This document shows, one piece after another, positions 51,331 to 62,754 of a stretch of DNA of 64,000 nucleotides. Source of the stretch: Candidatus Latescibacterota bacterium (GTDB lineage Bacteria; Latescibacterota; UBA2968; SICM01). A program made the translations under genes and the position numbers. The notes below the pieces were generated by a model, which saw nothing but the letters and a program-made list of their open reading frames with translations, made no database searches and was not told where the DNA came from. Where the stretch lies: NCBI GenBank assembly GCA_965217865.1, contig CBDCJO010000001.1, positions 384,001 to 448,000 on the forward strand. Reading direction: 5' to 3'. The number at the start of each line of letters is the position of its first letter. Positions within the stretch are counted from its first letter, which is position 1.

Positions 51331-53958
51331 CTACACCGCGATACTCACCACGTGGTTCTTCGGAATCACCCTCATGTTCCTGGGCGTCTTTCCATCCAGG
51401 AAACGCTTGACATTTTCAACCTCTAAAGCGACCCGCTTCATCTCTTCCTCCGGCATACCAACACCCACCTGGACCCGCCCGCGAACCTTCCCGTTGACCT
51501 GGACCACCAACGTGATCAGGTCCTCGGCAGCCACCGCTTCGTCGAAAGCGGGCCAGTCCGCGTGGTAGGTGGAACCGGATTTTCCGATCCGCTCCCAAAG
51601 TTCGTCGGAGAGATGGGGTGCGAACGGGGCCATGAGGAGAATCAGTTTTTCCAGGGCCTCCGAGACCACGGCAGGGTCGGCTCCCGCTCCGGCGTTGTCC
51701 CCTTCGGCTGGACGATAAGCATAGAGTTGGTTGACAAGTTCCATCAATGCCGCGATGGCCGTGTTGAATCGGTAATCTTCGAGATCCTCCCCGACTTTAC
51801 GAATCGTCTGATGGACTTTTCGGCGAATTTTTTGGCCTGACCCCCTCCCGATTCCTTTGAGCGATTTCCGCCAACCGGGTTGAAATTCCGGCAGAGTCTT
51901 GATCGACCATCGCCAAACCCGGTTGACAAAACGAAAGGCGCCTTTGATGCCCTCCTCGCTCCACTGAACATTGTCCTCGAAGGGGACGACAAACATTACG
52001 TAAACGCGCAGACTGTCCGCACCGTACTTTTCCGCCACCTCGTCTGGCGTGACCACATTTCCCTTGGACTTGGACATTCGGGTCCAGCGCCAGACCACCT
52101 GATCCTCCGGAAAGGACGTTCGCTCCTCCGGTTTCAGCACGATCCAGTCGATGACCCGCTCTTCCTCCGCCTCGCTCGTGACATCCTCCCCTGCCCTCGG
52201 TTTGCGGCCGGGGGTATAGGCCAGGAGGCTTCCCTGGTTTCTGAGGACGCTGAACGGCTCTGTAAAACCGATCAGGTCCGCGTCATACATCACCTTTGTC
52301 CAGAAACGCGCGTAGAGCAGGTGCATGACGGCGTGTTCTGCCCCACCCACGTAAAGGTCCACCGGCAACCAGTCGTCGATCTTGTCACGGGATGCGAACG
52401 CCCGGTCGTTATGAGGGTCCGCGAAGCGGAGGAAGTACCAGGAGGAACAGGCGAATCCGCCCATCGTATCGGTTTCACGTCGCGCGGATCCCCCGCAACC
52501 CGGACACGGGGTATTGACGAACTCCGGGATGGTGGCCAGGGGTGATTCACCCGTTCCGGAAGGCTGGTAGTGCTCCACTTCCGGAAGAAGGACAGGAAGC
52601 TGGTCCTCGGGGACAGGAACCGTCCCGCATTTTCCGCAGTGAACGATCGGGATCGGGGCCCCCCAGTAGCGCTGTCTGCTGATCAACCAGTCCCGAAGAC
52701 GATAGTTGACCACCCCCGTCCCTTTTTCGGTTTTCTCCAGCCAGGCCGTAAACTTTCCGATTGTTTGGGCGTCATTCGGAAGGCCGTTGAATTGGCCGGA
52801 GTTGATAGCCGTCCCTCCCTCCGGAAGGGCACAGGTCATCTCATCGGGGGTCTGCGCCTCACCCGGGACATCATAGACGAGGCGGATCGGAATTTCGTAT
52901 TTCCGCGCGAACTCGAAGTCCCGCTGATCGTGTGCGGGAACGGCCATGATCGCGCCCGTGCCGTATCCCATAAGGACATAGTCCGCGATCCAGATGGGGA
53001 TCGGCTCCTCGTTGACCGGGTTGATCGCATTCGCGCCGATCGGGAGGCCGGTCTTCGCACGTTCTGTGCTCATCCGCTCGACTTCGGTCTCCTGACGGGC
53101 CCGATGGACATAAGCATCCACCTCCGCCTTCCGATCGGCGGCCGTCAGCTTTTCGACCAGAGGATGCTCCGGGGCGAGCACCATGAAGGTAGCACCGAAA
53201 AGCGTATCGGGCCGGGTCGTGAAGATCCGGATGACGTCCTTTTTTTCCTGGACCGGAAAGTCAACCTCCGCGCCATCGGACCGGCCGATCCACTCCCGCT
53301 GCATCTGTTTGATACCTTCCGACCATTCAATCCCGTCCATGTCCGCCAGGAGCCGGTCGGCGTATTCCGTGATCTTGAAATACCACTGCGGCATGGGCCG
53401 TTTCTCGACGAGGGTGTCGCAGCGCCAGCAGCGTCCCTCCTTTACCTCTTCGTTGGATAAGCCCGTCTTGCACGAGGGACACCAGTTGATCGGCGTGGTC
53501 GCGCGATAGGCAAGTCCGCGTTTGTAGAGCAAGAGGAAGAACCACTGTGTCCACCTGTAGTAATCCGGGTCGTTGGAGTTGATCTCGCGCGTCCAGTCAT
53601 AACTCCCCCCGATATAGTTGAGCGTCCGCTTGTAGTTTTCCGCGTATTCCGGCACCATCTCCCGGGGGTTGCGTCCACGCTTGATCGCTTCGTTCTCTGC
53701 GGGCTGTCCGAAAGCATCCCACCCCATCGGATGGAGGACATTGAATCCCTTCATGTGCTTGTAGCGGCAAAATGCATCGGTGGGAACATAGTTTTTGCAA
53801 TGACCTACCGAAAGGCCGGCGCCGGAAGGATAGGGGAAAAACTCGAGGACGTAATACTTCGGCTTTTCCGATCGATCATGGGTTTGGAAAGTACCTTCCA
53901 GCGCCCACCGCTTCTGCCAACGGTTCTCGATCTTTTTAAAATCGTATCGCTCGTCCAT
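51331..53958 (-). CDS. leuS: Leucine--tRNA ligase with variant SVGH and RMSKS motifs
   Basis: PYPSG, TTRPDT, GTGAIMAVPAHDQRD, RQRYWG, GGAEHA.MHLLYARF, VQVNGK. Confidence 0.96.
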   Translation of the reverse strand: MDERYDFKKIENRWQKRWALEGTFQTHDRSEKPKYYVLEFFPYPSGAGLSVGHCKNYVPTDAFCRYKHMKGFNVLHPMGWDAFGQPAENEAIKRGRNPREMVPEYAENYKRTLNYIGGSYDWTREINSNDPDYYRWTQWFFLLLYKRGLAYRATTPINWCPSCKTGLSNEEVKEGRCWRCDTLVEKRPMPQWYFKITEYADRLLADMDGIEWSEGIKQMQREWIGRSDGAEVDFPVQEKKDVIRIFTTRPDTLFGATFMVLAPEHPLVEKLTAADRKAEVDAYVHRARQETEVERMSTERAKTGLPIGANAINPVNEEPIPIWIADYVLMGYGTGAIMAVPAHDQRDFEFARKYEIPIRLVYDVPGEAQTPDEMTCALPEGGTAINSGQFNGLPNDAQTIGKFTAWLEKTEKGTGVVNYRLRDWLISRQRYWGAPIPIVHCGKCGTVPVPEDQLPVLLPEVEHYQPSGTGESPLATIPEFVNTPCPGCGGSARRETDTMGGFACSSWYFLRFADPHNDRAFASRDKIDDWLPVDLYVGGAEHAVMHLLYARFWTKVMYDADLIGFTEPFSVLRNQGSLLAYTPGRKPRAGEDVTSEAEEERVIDWIVLKPEERTSFPEDQVVWRWTRMSKSKGNVVTPDEVAEKYGADSLRVYVMFVVPFEDNVQWSEEGIKGAFRFVNRVWRWSIKTLPEFQPGWRKSLKGIGRGSGQKIRRKVHQTIRKVGEDLEDYRFNTAIAALMELVNQLYAYRPAEGDNAGAGADPAVVSEALEKLILLMAPFAPHLSDELWERIGKSGSTYHADWPAFDEAVAAEDLITLVVQVNGKVRGRVQVGVGMPEEEMKRVALEVENVKRFLDGKTPRNMRVIPKNHVVSIAV

Positions 53959-53965
53959 ACCCTTA

Positions 53966-54559
53966 TCACTCGAATCTATTAACATACGGCAATCGAGCGG
54001 CCGCCTGGCGGACCGACTCCATATCGTCAAGGAGTTGGCCCGTTGCATCCCACGTCCCGGCCACGAGCAGGAATCTGGTGCTCTCCGGAACCGCAACCGG
54101 GATCACCCGATCCTGATAATTGAGCTGTTCCGAATCGACATCAACCGTTAAAACCTCCGAAGGGTCAGACTCGACGGCCTCCTGAAGGAACAGCAGGTCG
54201 GCCTCCCCGGCCGTAACGCACGGAATCCCCATCGCCGTGCAATTTCCACGGAAGATCTCTCCAAACGATTCCCCGATGACCACCCTGATCCCCCATCGCA
54301 TCAGCGACTGTGGGGCGTGTTCCCTCGAAGAACCACACCCGAAGTTGCGATTGACTACCAGGACGGACGCCCCTTTGAACCTCGGGTCATCGAACGGATG
54401 CACCCCGGCCTTCCGGTCATCTTCAAACGCGTGCTCCCCCAGGCCCTCAAAGGTCACACTGCGCAAATACCGGGCAGGAATGATCCGATCGGTATCGATG
54501 TCGTTCCCCCGCACCACGATCCCTCTCCCCGCCACCCGGGTCACAGATGCGTTGTTCAC
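53966..54559 (-). CDS. leuD: 3-isopropylmalate dehydratase small subunit
   Basis: DIDTDRIIPAR and NFGCGSSREHA motifs; start uncertain (up to 54628). Confidence 0.94.
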   Translation of the reverse strand: MNNASVTRVAGRGIVVRGNDIDTDRIIPARYLRSVTFEGLGEHAFEDDRKAGVHPFDDPRFKGASVLVVNRNFGCGSSREHAPQSLMRWGIRVVIGESFGEIFRGNCTAMGIPCVTAGEADLLFLQEAVESDPSEVLTVDVDSEQLNYQDRVIPVAVPESTRFLLVAGTWDATGQLLDDMESVRQAAARLPYVNRFE

Positions 54560-54629
54560 GTCAAAGCCCAATCGTATTAAGGTTGATCCCGCGGGATCCG
54601 CTTCGAATCCGCTCCGAATCCCAACCATC

Positions 54630-56036
54630 TTAATTGTCCATGAACTTTCTAACGTCCGCGACCTCCCCGGTCACGGCAGCGGCGGCGACCATGGCCGGAC
54701 TCATCAGAAGCGTCCGTCCGGTTGGACTTCCCTGCCTCCCCTTGAAATTTCGGTTGCTCGAGGAGGCACAGACCTGGCGTCCCTCCAGTTTGTCCGGGTT
54801 CATAGCCAGGCACATGGAGCACCCGGCACCCCGCCATTCGAACCCCGCCTCCCGGAAGGCCTCGTCCAGTCCTTCCGCCTCGGCGGCCTTACGGACGGCC
54901 TGAGAGCCGGGAACCACAAGGGCTTTGACGTGCCCTGCGACCTTTCGTCCCTTCACAATCCGGGCGGCTTCTCGAAGATCGCTCAGTCGGCTGTTCGTAC
55001 AGGACCCGATAAACGCAACGTCGATCCGGGTCCCGGTGATCGAATCATCGGGTTTGAAGCCCATAAACTCAAGGGCCTCCCGCGCGGACCCCTGCTCCTC
55101 TTCCGGCAGCGATTCGGGATCCGGGATGCGTTCGGTCACGTAAGCCGATTGTCCTGGTGTTATCCCCCACGTCACCGATGGTTCCATCGCGTTGCCGTCC
55201 AGGGAGACGACGTCGTCATACGATGCGTCCGGATCGGAAGCCATCGACCGCCACCAGTTAACCGCCCGTTCGAAAGCCTGCCCTTTCGGGGCGTACGGAC
55301 GGCCTCGGATATATTCAAACGTGGTTGAATCGGGATTGACATAGCCGGCTCGCGCACCGCCTTCGATCGACATGTTGCAGAGGGACATTCGCTCCTCCAT
55401 TGTCATGGCCTCGACCACAGGCCCCCCGTATTCATAGGCATACCCGACCCCACCCTTGACGCCGAGATGTCGGATAATGGTCAAAATCACATCTTTCGCG
55501 TAAACCCCCCTGGAACGTCTTCCCGTCACCTCGATCCGTCGGACCTTCAATGGATCCACGGCCAGGCACTGACTCGCCATGACGTCACGCACCTGGCTCG
55601 TTCCGATTCCGAAGGCGACGGATCCGAAGGCCCCGTGGGTCGAGGTATGGCTGTCCCCGCACGCGATCGTCATGCCCGGCTGCGTAAGGCCCAGCTCGGG
55701 CCCCACGACGTGAACGATCCCCTGCCGTGCGTCGCCCAGATTGGCGAGCGGAATGCCGAATTCCTTCGAGTTCCTCTCCAGCGCCACCATCATTTCCTCG
55801 GCCAGCTGATCCTTGAAGGGTCTTTCCTGGACATCGGTCGGGACGATGTGGTCCACCGTCGCAAACGTCAGGTCGGGGAAGGCCACCTTGAGCCCCCTGT
55901 CCCGCATCTCTCCAAACGCCTGTGGGCTCGTCACCTCGTGGATCAGATGCAAACCGATGAAAAGCTGCGTCTGGCCCGAAGGCAGCCGGCGGACGGTGTG
56001 TGCCTCCCATATCTTTTGAAAAAGGCTATTCCCCAT
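54630..56036 (-). CDS. leuC: 3-isopropylmalate dehydratase large subunit
   Basis: [38 protein letters not shown]. Confidence 0.96.
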   Translation of the reverse strand: MGNSLFQKIWEAHTVRRLPSGQTQLFIGLHLIHEVTSPQAFGEMRDRGLKVAFPDLTFATVDHIVPTDVQERPFKDQLAEEMMVALERNSKEFGIPLANLGDARQGIVHVVGPELGLTQPGMTIACGDSHTSTHGAFGSVAFGIGTSQVRDVMASQCLAVDPLKVRRIEVTGRRSRGVYAKDVILTIIRHLGVKGGVGYAYEYGGPVVEAMTMEERMSLCNMSIEGGARAGYVNPDSTTFEYIRGRPYAPKGQAFERAVNWWRSMASDPDASYDDVVSLDGNAMEPSVTWGITPGQSAYVTERIPDPESLPEEEQGSAREALEFMGFKPDDSITGTRIDVAFIGSCTNSRLSDLREAARIVKGRKVAGHVKALVVPGSQAVRKAAEAEGLDEAFREAGFEWRGAGCSMCLAMNPDKLEGRQVCASSSNRNFKGRQGSPTGRTLLMSPAMVAAAAVTGEVADVRKFMDN

Positions 56037-56047
56037 GGGGTTCCCTC

Positions 56048-57607
56048 CTATACCGTGTCCCTCACCTGCGACGCTCCCCCCCTCCGCTGCTCTAAAGCGA
56101 CAAGACGATTCAACCCGTCGACGAATGCCCGGGCCCCTGCTTCGATCAGGTCCGTTGACGCCCCGCGTCCCGTGGCCGTAAGCCCGTCTTTGGCCAGCCT
56201 CACCCTGACTTCGCCGACCGCGTCCTGTCCCCCCGTCACCGACCGGCTGTCGTAGTTCTCCAGCTCCACCGGAATCCCCACCGCTTTCTTGATGGCGTTG
56301 TAAGTCGCATCGATCGGGCCGTCCCCCCACGCCGCTTCCTGAACGACGGACTCTTGATCGATGGAGAGCTTGACCGTTGCGGTCGGAAGCGTCCCGGTTC
56401 CGCTGGATGTATGTAAATATTCAAGGGTGTACTTCTGGGGGACATCGTGCACCTCGTCCGACACAATGACCACCAGATCCTCGTCAAACACTTCCTTCTT
56501 TTTATCCGCGATGTCGATAAACCGCTGATAGGCCTGATCCAAATCCTCCTTGGAGAGCTGAAAACCCAGCTTCTCCAACCGATGCCTGAGCGCGTGTCTC
56601 CCAGACCGGGCGGTGAGCACGATCTGTGTGGCCTCCAGTCCGACATCCTGAGGGGCCATGATCTCGAAAGTCGTGCGCTCTTTTAACACCCCGTCCTGAT
56701 GAATGCCCGAGCTATGCGCAAAGGCATTTGCACCGACGATCGCCTTGTTCGGGGGAACAACGATGCCCATCAGCCTGCTCACCAATCGACTTGTCGGGCA
56801 GATCTCCCGCGTCTCGATTCCGGTCGACAGGCCGAAGTAATCCTGGCGTGTGCGCAGGGCCATCACCACCTCTTCGAGAGATGCGTTCCCAGCACGCTCC
56901 CCCAACCCGTTGATGGTGCACTCCGCCTGACGCGAGCCGTTTTTCATCGCCGTTAGGGTATTGGAGACGGCCATGCCCAGATCGTCATGACAGTGTACGC
57001 TCAGAACGGCCTTCTCGATCCCCGGCACGTGTTCAAGGATGTCGCGTATCAGACCGCCGAAACCCTCTGGCACGGCATATCCGACCGTGTCCGGGATATT
57101 GATGGTGGTTGCCCCCGCCTGGACCGCCGCTTCGATGACCTCATAAAGATAAGCGGGTTCGGAACGCGCGGCATCCATCGGAGAAAACTCAACGTCCTCG
57201 CAGAACGTCTTGGCTCGCTCCACGGCAGCGGCGGACATCTTCAGAACTTCATCCGGGCTCTTCCTCATCATTTCCATATGGCTCGCCGAAGTCCCGATAA
57301 ACGTGTGAAGCCGGGGCTTGGGTGCATCCTTTAGGGCTTCCCCGGCTCGATCGATGTCCCCCGGCAAAGCCCGTGCAAGACCGCAGATAGCGGGACCGGA
57401 AATTTCCCGGGCCACGCGGTTCACGGCTTCAAAATCCTCGACTGAGGAAATTGGAAATCCCGCCTCGACGACGTCGACCTTAAGCTTTGCCAGTTGATGC
57501 GCGATCTCAAGTTTTTCTCGGACGGATAATGACGCGCCCGGAGTCTGCTCGGCGTCGCGCAGCGTCGTATCGAAGATGATCGCTCGATCCGATTGACTTT
57601 CCCCCAT
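56048..57607 (-). CDS. leuA: 2-isopropylmalate synthase
   Basis: [32 protein letters not shown]; regulatory domain present. Confidence 0.95.
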   Translation of the reverse strand: MGESQSDRAIIFDTTLRDAEQTPGASLSVREKLEIAHQLAKLKVDVVEAGFPISSVEDFEAVNRVAREISGPAICGLARALPGDIDRAGEALKDAPKPRLHTFIGTSASHMEMMRKSPDEVLKMSAAAVERAKTFCEDVEFSPMDAARSEPAYLYEVIEAAVQAGATTINIPDTVGYAVPEGFGGLIRDILEHVPGIEKAVLSVHCHDDLGMAVSNTLTAMKNGSRQAECTINGLGERAGNASLEEVVMALRTRQDYFGLSTGIETREICPTSRLVSRLMGIVVPPNKAIVGANAFAHSSGIHQDGVLKERTTFEIMAPQDVGLEATQIVLTARSGRHALRHRLEKLGFQLSKEDLDQAYQRFIDIADKKKEVFDEDLVVIVSDEVHDVPQKYTLEYLHTSSGTGTLPTATVKLSIDQESVVQEAAWGDGPIDATYNAIKKAVGIPVELENYDSRSVTGGQDAVGEVRVRLAKDGLTATGRGASTDLIEAGARAFVDGLNRLVALEQRRGGASQVRDTV

Positions 57608-57608
57608 G

Positions 57609-57734
57609 TCAGGTTGACCTCCTCTGCCGGAACCTCCCACGGATCTCAGATGGAGCCCTCCGGCGAAATCGCTCCATCTGTGCAGATAGACACAGATCGC
57701 TTTCCTTCTTGCCCCCGCTTAGTCCGGGCTCCAT
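57609..57734 (-). CDS. 41-aa uORF immediately upstream of leuA, possibly regulatory
   Basis: AAAGGAGGTGATCCAG directly before ATG; stop TGA lies 1 nt before the leuA ATG. Confidence 0.45.
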   Translation of the reverse strand: MEPGLSGGKKESDLCLSAQMERFRRRAPSEIRGRFRQRRST

Positions 57735-57853
57735 CTGGATCACCTCCTTTGAGAAAAGCAGAAGTCAGTAGTTATAAAAAGGTGCTTGATTTTGATTTCT
57801 CCTGAATTCTGTGTTCTGTATTCTGTATTCCGGGTGGGGTTGGTCGGATGGGT

Positions 57854-58906
<1,053 letters not shown>

Positions 58907-58925
58907 TCACTGCGGGGACCAGGTC

Positions 58926-59429
58926 TTACACCTCTCCGCGATACTCCCGCAACAAGGCAACGCTTCCTGTTCGGGCCATCTCCTTGATCCCAAAGGGTTT
59001 CAACATCCCGATCATGGCGTTTATCTTATCGTCTTTGCCCGTGGCCTCGATCGTCATAGAGGTGGAGCTCACATCCACGACATTCGCTCGAAAAATCTCC
59101 GTGATCTGGATTATTTCAGGCCGGGTTTTCTTATCTGAGGAGACCTTGATCAGCGCGAGCTCCCGTTCCACGAAGCTTCCCTTTGTCATGTCGATGATCC
59201 TGATAACATCCACCAGCCGGCCCAGTTGTTTGTTGACCTGCTCCAGAACCCGATCGTCCCCTTTGACCACAATCGTCATCCGGGAAACATCCGGATTTTC
59301 GGTCTCCCCGACCGACAGGCTGTCGATGTTGAACCCCCGGCTTGCAAACAACCCGGAGACCCGACAAAGGACTCCGAAATGATTTTCAACGAGGGCTGAA
59401 ATCGTATGTGTCTGCCCGCTGCCATCCAT
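58926..59429 (-). CDS. ilvN: Acetolactate synthase small (regulatory) subunit
   Basis: LVENHFGVL.RVSGLF..RGFNIDSL, VERELALIKV, EMARTG. Confidence 0.95.
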   Translation of the reverse strand: MDGSGQTHTISALVENHFGVLCRVSGLFASRGFNIDSLSVGETENPDVSRMTIVVKGDDRVLEQVNKQLGRLVDVIRIIDMTKGSFVERELALIKVSSDKKTRPEIIQITEIFRANVVDVSSTSMTIEATGKDDKINAMIGMLKPFGIKEMARTGSVALLREYRGEV

Positions 59430-59499
59430 AAGGCCTTTCCCCCTCTCCACTGCCGTGTGTTTGATCTGATCCTAATTTTAAGAAAGCTAATTGCACACA

Positions 59500-59591
59500 A
59501 AGAGGCCGCCGCCTGTGAATTACTTCAGAGGCTCCATCCAAAAGTTCATTCCGATAATGCGAAGGGATAACAACTGAAGGATTGAGCCTCT
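59500..59591 (-). promoter_or_regulatory. Attenuator with competing antiterminator and terminator hairpins
   Basis: 59591-59579 pairs 12/13 with 59539-59527, which overlaps hairpin 59532-59511. Confidence 0.6.
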
Positions 59592-59769
59592 ATGCACCGG
59601 GTAGAATGAGTGCTAGAATTAGGCTCAGGACTAAGGGAAGGACCAGAATGTACGGCCTTACGTCGACTGGGGCAGCCGCGACTGACCGGAAAAGAGAGGA
59701 GGAAACGGGACGGCTGATGACCACGGTGTCCCGGCGGTGGATACTTGGTTTATTTTGAGGAAATCGCAT
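59590..59769 (-). CDS. Ile/Leu/Val-rich leader peptide (59 aa)
   Basis: C-terminal ILVLPLVLSLILALIL (13 of 16 are I/L/V), with CTA and TTA Leu codons; upstream of ilvN. Confidence 0.7.
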   Translation of the reverse strand: MRFPQNKPSIHRRDTVVISRPVSSSLFRSVAAAPVDVRPYILVLPLVLSLILALILPGA

Positions 59770-60027
59770 AAGATGCAGGTGGACGTCGGAATTGTGGTCT
59801 TAGGCGCAAAAACTTCCTAAAGTAGGATTAATTATAATATAACCAGAGATTTTTGTCAAGAGATTTTCTGGTTTCTCTGTCCCGGTTTATGCCAGAGGGT
59901 GTCAGGCCTTACGGACCACCCAAGGATTCCAAGAGGATTTTTTTGACTTGCCAACCCATCTCCAGGTCTGTACTATTGGTCTTTGATAGAATTTCTTACG
60001 AGATACGGACTTTTGAAGGAGAATCGA

Positions 60028-61704
60028 ATGGCGCTATTGAATCGTTACAGCTCCCGCATCACCCAGAGAAAGTCTCAAGGGGCTTCCCAGGCGATGTTGT
60101 ATGGAACGGGAATGACCGAAGAGGATATGGGGAAGCCTCAAGTGGGCATCGCAAGCGTCTGGTACGAGGGAAACACCTGTAATATGCACCTCCTCGGTCT
60201 GGCCAAAAAGGTCAAGGAAGGGGTCGCTGCAGCCGGGTTGATCGGCATGCGATTTAACACAATAGGCGTCAGCGATGGGATCTCCATGGGCACGGAGGGA
60301 ATGAGCTACTCCCTTCAGTCACGTGATCTGATCGCCGACTCGATCGAAACGATCATGGCCGCCCAATGGTACGACGCGTTGATCGCCATTCCGGGATGCG
60401 ATAAAAACATGCCCGGCTGTCTGATCGGAATGGGTCGACTGAATCGACCGTCGCTTATGGTATACGGCGGCACGATCAAACCGGGCTTCATAAACGGACA
60501 GAAGGTGGACATCGCATCCGCCTTCCAGTCCTATGGCGAGTTTATCGCAGGTTCAATCGATGAAAAGAAACGGCTGCAGATCGTCCAGAAGGCCTGTCCC
60601 GGAGCGGGTGCGTGTGGGGGCATGTACACCGCCAACACCATTTCCAGCGCCATCGAAGCCCTGGGCATGTCACTGCCCTATAGCGCCTCCACCCCCGCTG
60701 AGGAGGTGGACAAACTCGAAGAATGCGTAAAAGCAGGCGCGGCGGTTCGGGTTCTTCTCGAGGAAGACATCAAGCCCCGGGACATCATGACCCGCGGAGC
60801 CTTCGAAAACGCGATGGTCGTGGTGATGGCCCTGGGCGGGTCAACCAACGCAGTCCTTCACCTGATTGCGATGGCCAGGGCGGTCGACATCCCGCTGACC
60901 ATAGATGATTTTCAAGCCGTAAGCGACCGTGTGCCGTACCTGGCGGATTTAAAACCAAGCGGCCAGTATGTCATGGCGGACCTTCACGGCGTAGGCGGCA
61001 CGCCCGCCTTGATGAAATACCTTTTGGAGAAGGGACTTCTCAACGGTGATTGTTTGACCGTGACCGGGAAGACCCTTGGCGAAAACCTGGAACCGCTAAA
61101 GGGGCTCCAGGGGGGTCAGGATATTGTGCACACCGTCGAACAGGCGATCAAGCCGACAGGACATATCCAGATCCTCAAGGGAAATCTGGCACCTGAGGGG
61201 GCAGTCGCAAAGATCACCGGAAAAGAGGGCACGGTCTTCAAGGGAACTGCAAAGGTCTTCGATTCGGAGGAAATGATGCTTGCGGCTTTGGAGGAGGAGA
61301 AAATCCAGCGAGGCGATGTGGTGATTATTCGGTATGAAGGCCCGAAAGGGGGGCCCGGCATGCCCGAAATGCTCACCCCTACCTCCGCGATCGTCGGGGC
61401 TGGTCTCGGAAAGGATATTGCGTTGATGACAGACGGCCGGTTCTCGGGCGCCTCCCACGGATTTCTCGTCGGACACATCACGCCCGAGGCTCAAGAAGGG
61501 GGGCCGATCGCCCTCATAGAAGACGGCGATCGGATTACGATCGATGCTGAAAACAATCGCATTGATGTGGACCTGAGCGATCAGGAACTCGCTACCCGCC
61601 AGGCGGCCTGGAAGCAACCCGCTTACAAGGCAACCCGCGGGACCCTGTTCAAGTATATCAAGAACGTCAAATCCGCCTCCGAAGGCTGTGTGACGGACGA
61701 ATAA
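60028..61704 (+). CDS. ilvD: Dihydroxy-acid dehydratase
   Basis: [43 protein letters not shown]. Confidence 0.97.
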   Translation: MALLNRYSSRITQRKSQGASQAMLYGTGMTEEDMGKPQVGIASVWYEGNTCNMHLLGLAKKVKEGVAAAGLIGMRFNTIGVSDGISMGTEGMSYSLQSRDLIADSIETIMAAQWYDALIAIPGCDKNMPGCLIGMGRLNRPSLMVYGGTIKPGFINGQKVDIASAFQSYGEFIAGSIDEKKRLQIVQKACPGAGACGGMYTANTISSAIEALGMSLPYSASTPAEEVDKLEECVKAGAAVRVLLEEDIKPRDIMTRGAFENAMVVVMALGGSTNAVLHLIAMARAVDIPLTIDDFQAVSDRVPYLADLKPSGQYVMADLHGVGGTPALMKYLLEKGLLNGDCLTVTGKTLGENLEPLKGLQGGQDIVHTVEQAIKPTGHIQILKGNLAPEGAVAKITGKEGTVFKGTAKVFDSEEMMLAALEEEKIQRGDVVIIRYEGPKGGPGMPEMLTPTSAIVGAGLGKDIALMTDGRFSGASHGFLVGHITPEAQEGGPIALIEDGDRITIDAENNRIDVDLSDQELATRQAAWKQPAYKATRGTLFKYIKNVKSASEGCVTDE

Positions 61705-61729
61705 CCCGGCCTTGTCCCCCGCTGGAAAT

Positions 61730-62701
61730 TCACCGCGGATTCTCCGGCCGGTTCACCGGATGTTCTGGCGCTTCCCCGTTCAATACGCGGATCACATCCG
61801 CAGCCACCATCGACATCTTCTGGAACCCTTCGATGGAATGACCGGCGTTGTGGGGACTCAGCAGGACGTTGTCGAGCTTAAGGAGCGGATTCTCGGGGTT
61901 GAGGGGCTCCTCTTCGTACACATCGATCGCTGCCCCGGCAATACGGCGGTTCTTCAACGCGTTGATCAGGGCGGGTTCGTCGATCACCGGTCCTCTTGCG
62001 GCATTCACGAGATACGAAGTCGGTTTCATCAAAGCAAATTCCCGCGTTCCGATCATATGCCGCGTCTCCGGGAGCAGGGGGACATTCAGGCTGACGAAAT
62101 CCGATTCCGTGAGCAGCCGCTCGAGAGGAACTCGCGCAGCACCCACCTGGGTTTCAACCCCCTCGGGGGCCCGGATTGCATCCGTGTACAGAATCTTCAT
62201 CCGGAACCCGCGGCCGCAGATCTCAGCAATTCGACGTCCGATCCTTCCGAAGCCAACGATGCCGAGCGTCTTTCCGATCAGCTCCGGTCCTTTGACACGA
62301 TTTCTAAATTCCAAGTTCCCTGATCGGGCGGCCCGATCCGCTTCGTGCGGAAGCTTCGAAACCGCAACCAATGCCATCGCCACATATTCCGCGACCGATT
62401 CCAGCGGGGCGTGAGGGGCGTTGACCACGGTGATCCCGTTGGCCGTTGCCGCCTCCACGTCTACATTGTCCACACCCGCTCCATGCCTGCCGATCACCTT
62501 CAGCCGTGATCCCGCGCACATCACCTTTTCGTTATAATAACCCTTCCCCCTTGCGATAATCCCATCCACATCGACCGCCCACTGTATGGTCGTCGACTCC
62601 GACGCATCCGGCGCGATCACAACCTCCGCGTCGTGATCCTTCAGATAGTTCAGCCCGACTTCGTCCATCGGCTCGAACATCAGGATTCTGTATTTAGCCA
62701 A
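61730..62701 (-). CDS. D-2-hydroxyacid dehydrogenase (SerA-like, no ACT domain)
   Basis: GAGVDNVD, GIVGFGRIG, NAARG, DVYEEEP, SPHNAG. Confidence 0.9.
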   Translation of the reverse strand: MAKYRILMFEPMDEVGLNYLKDHDAEVVIAPDASESTTIQWAVDVDGIIARGKGYYNEKVMCAGSRLKVIGRHGAGVDNVDVEAATANGITVVNAPHAPLESVAEYVAMALVAVSKLPHEADRAARSGNLEFRNRVKGPELIGKTLGIVGFGRIGRRIAEICGRGFRMKILYTDAIRAPEGVETQVGAARVPLERLLTESDFVSLNVPLLPETRHMIGTREFALMKPTSYLVNAARGPVIDEPALINALKNRRIAGAAIDVYEEEPLNPENPLLKLDNVLLSPHNAGHSIEGFQKMSMVAADVIRVLNGEAPEHPVNRPENPR

Positions 62702-62754
62702 TTCCCCCCTCCTTAAATAAACCCCGGATGTTTTCTCGATCATCCAGCTTGGTT

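Noticed and set aside
53959-54096. Extended N-termini of leuS, leuC and gatB in the ORF track
   Set aside because: They overlap upstream genes; conserved N-termini begin at 53958, 56036 and 34782.
57735-57750. Sequence identical to the 16S rRNA 3' terminus as an rRNA gene
   Set aside because: Only 16 nt match and the flanks are not rRNA-like; better explained as a minus-strand Shine-Dalgarno.
59430-59830. T-box riboswitch upstream of the ilv-leu cluster
   Set aside because: No T-box consensus (GGTGGNACCGCG) seen; the leader peptide model fits better.
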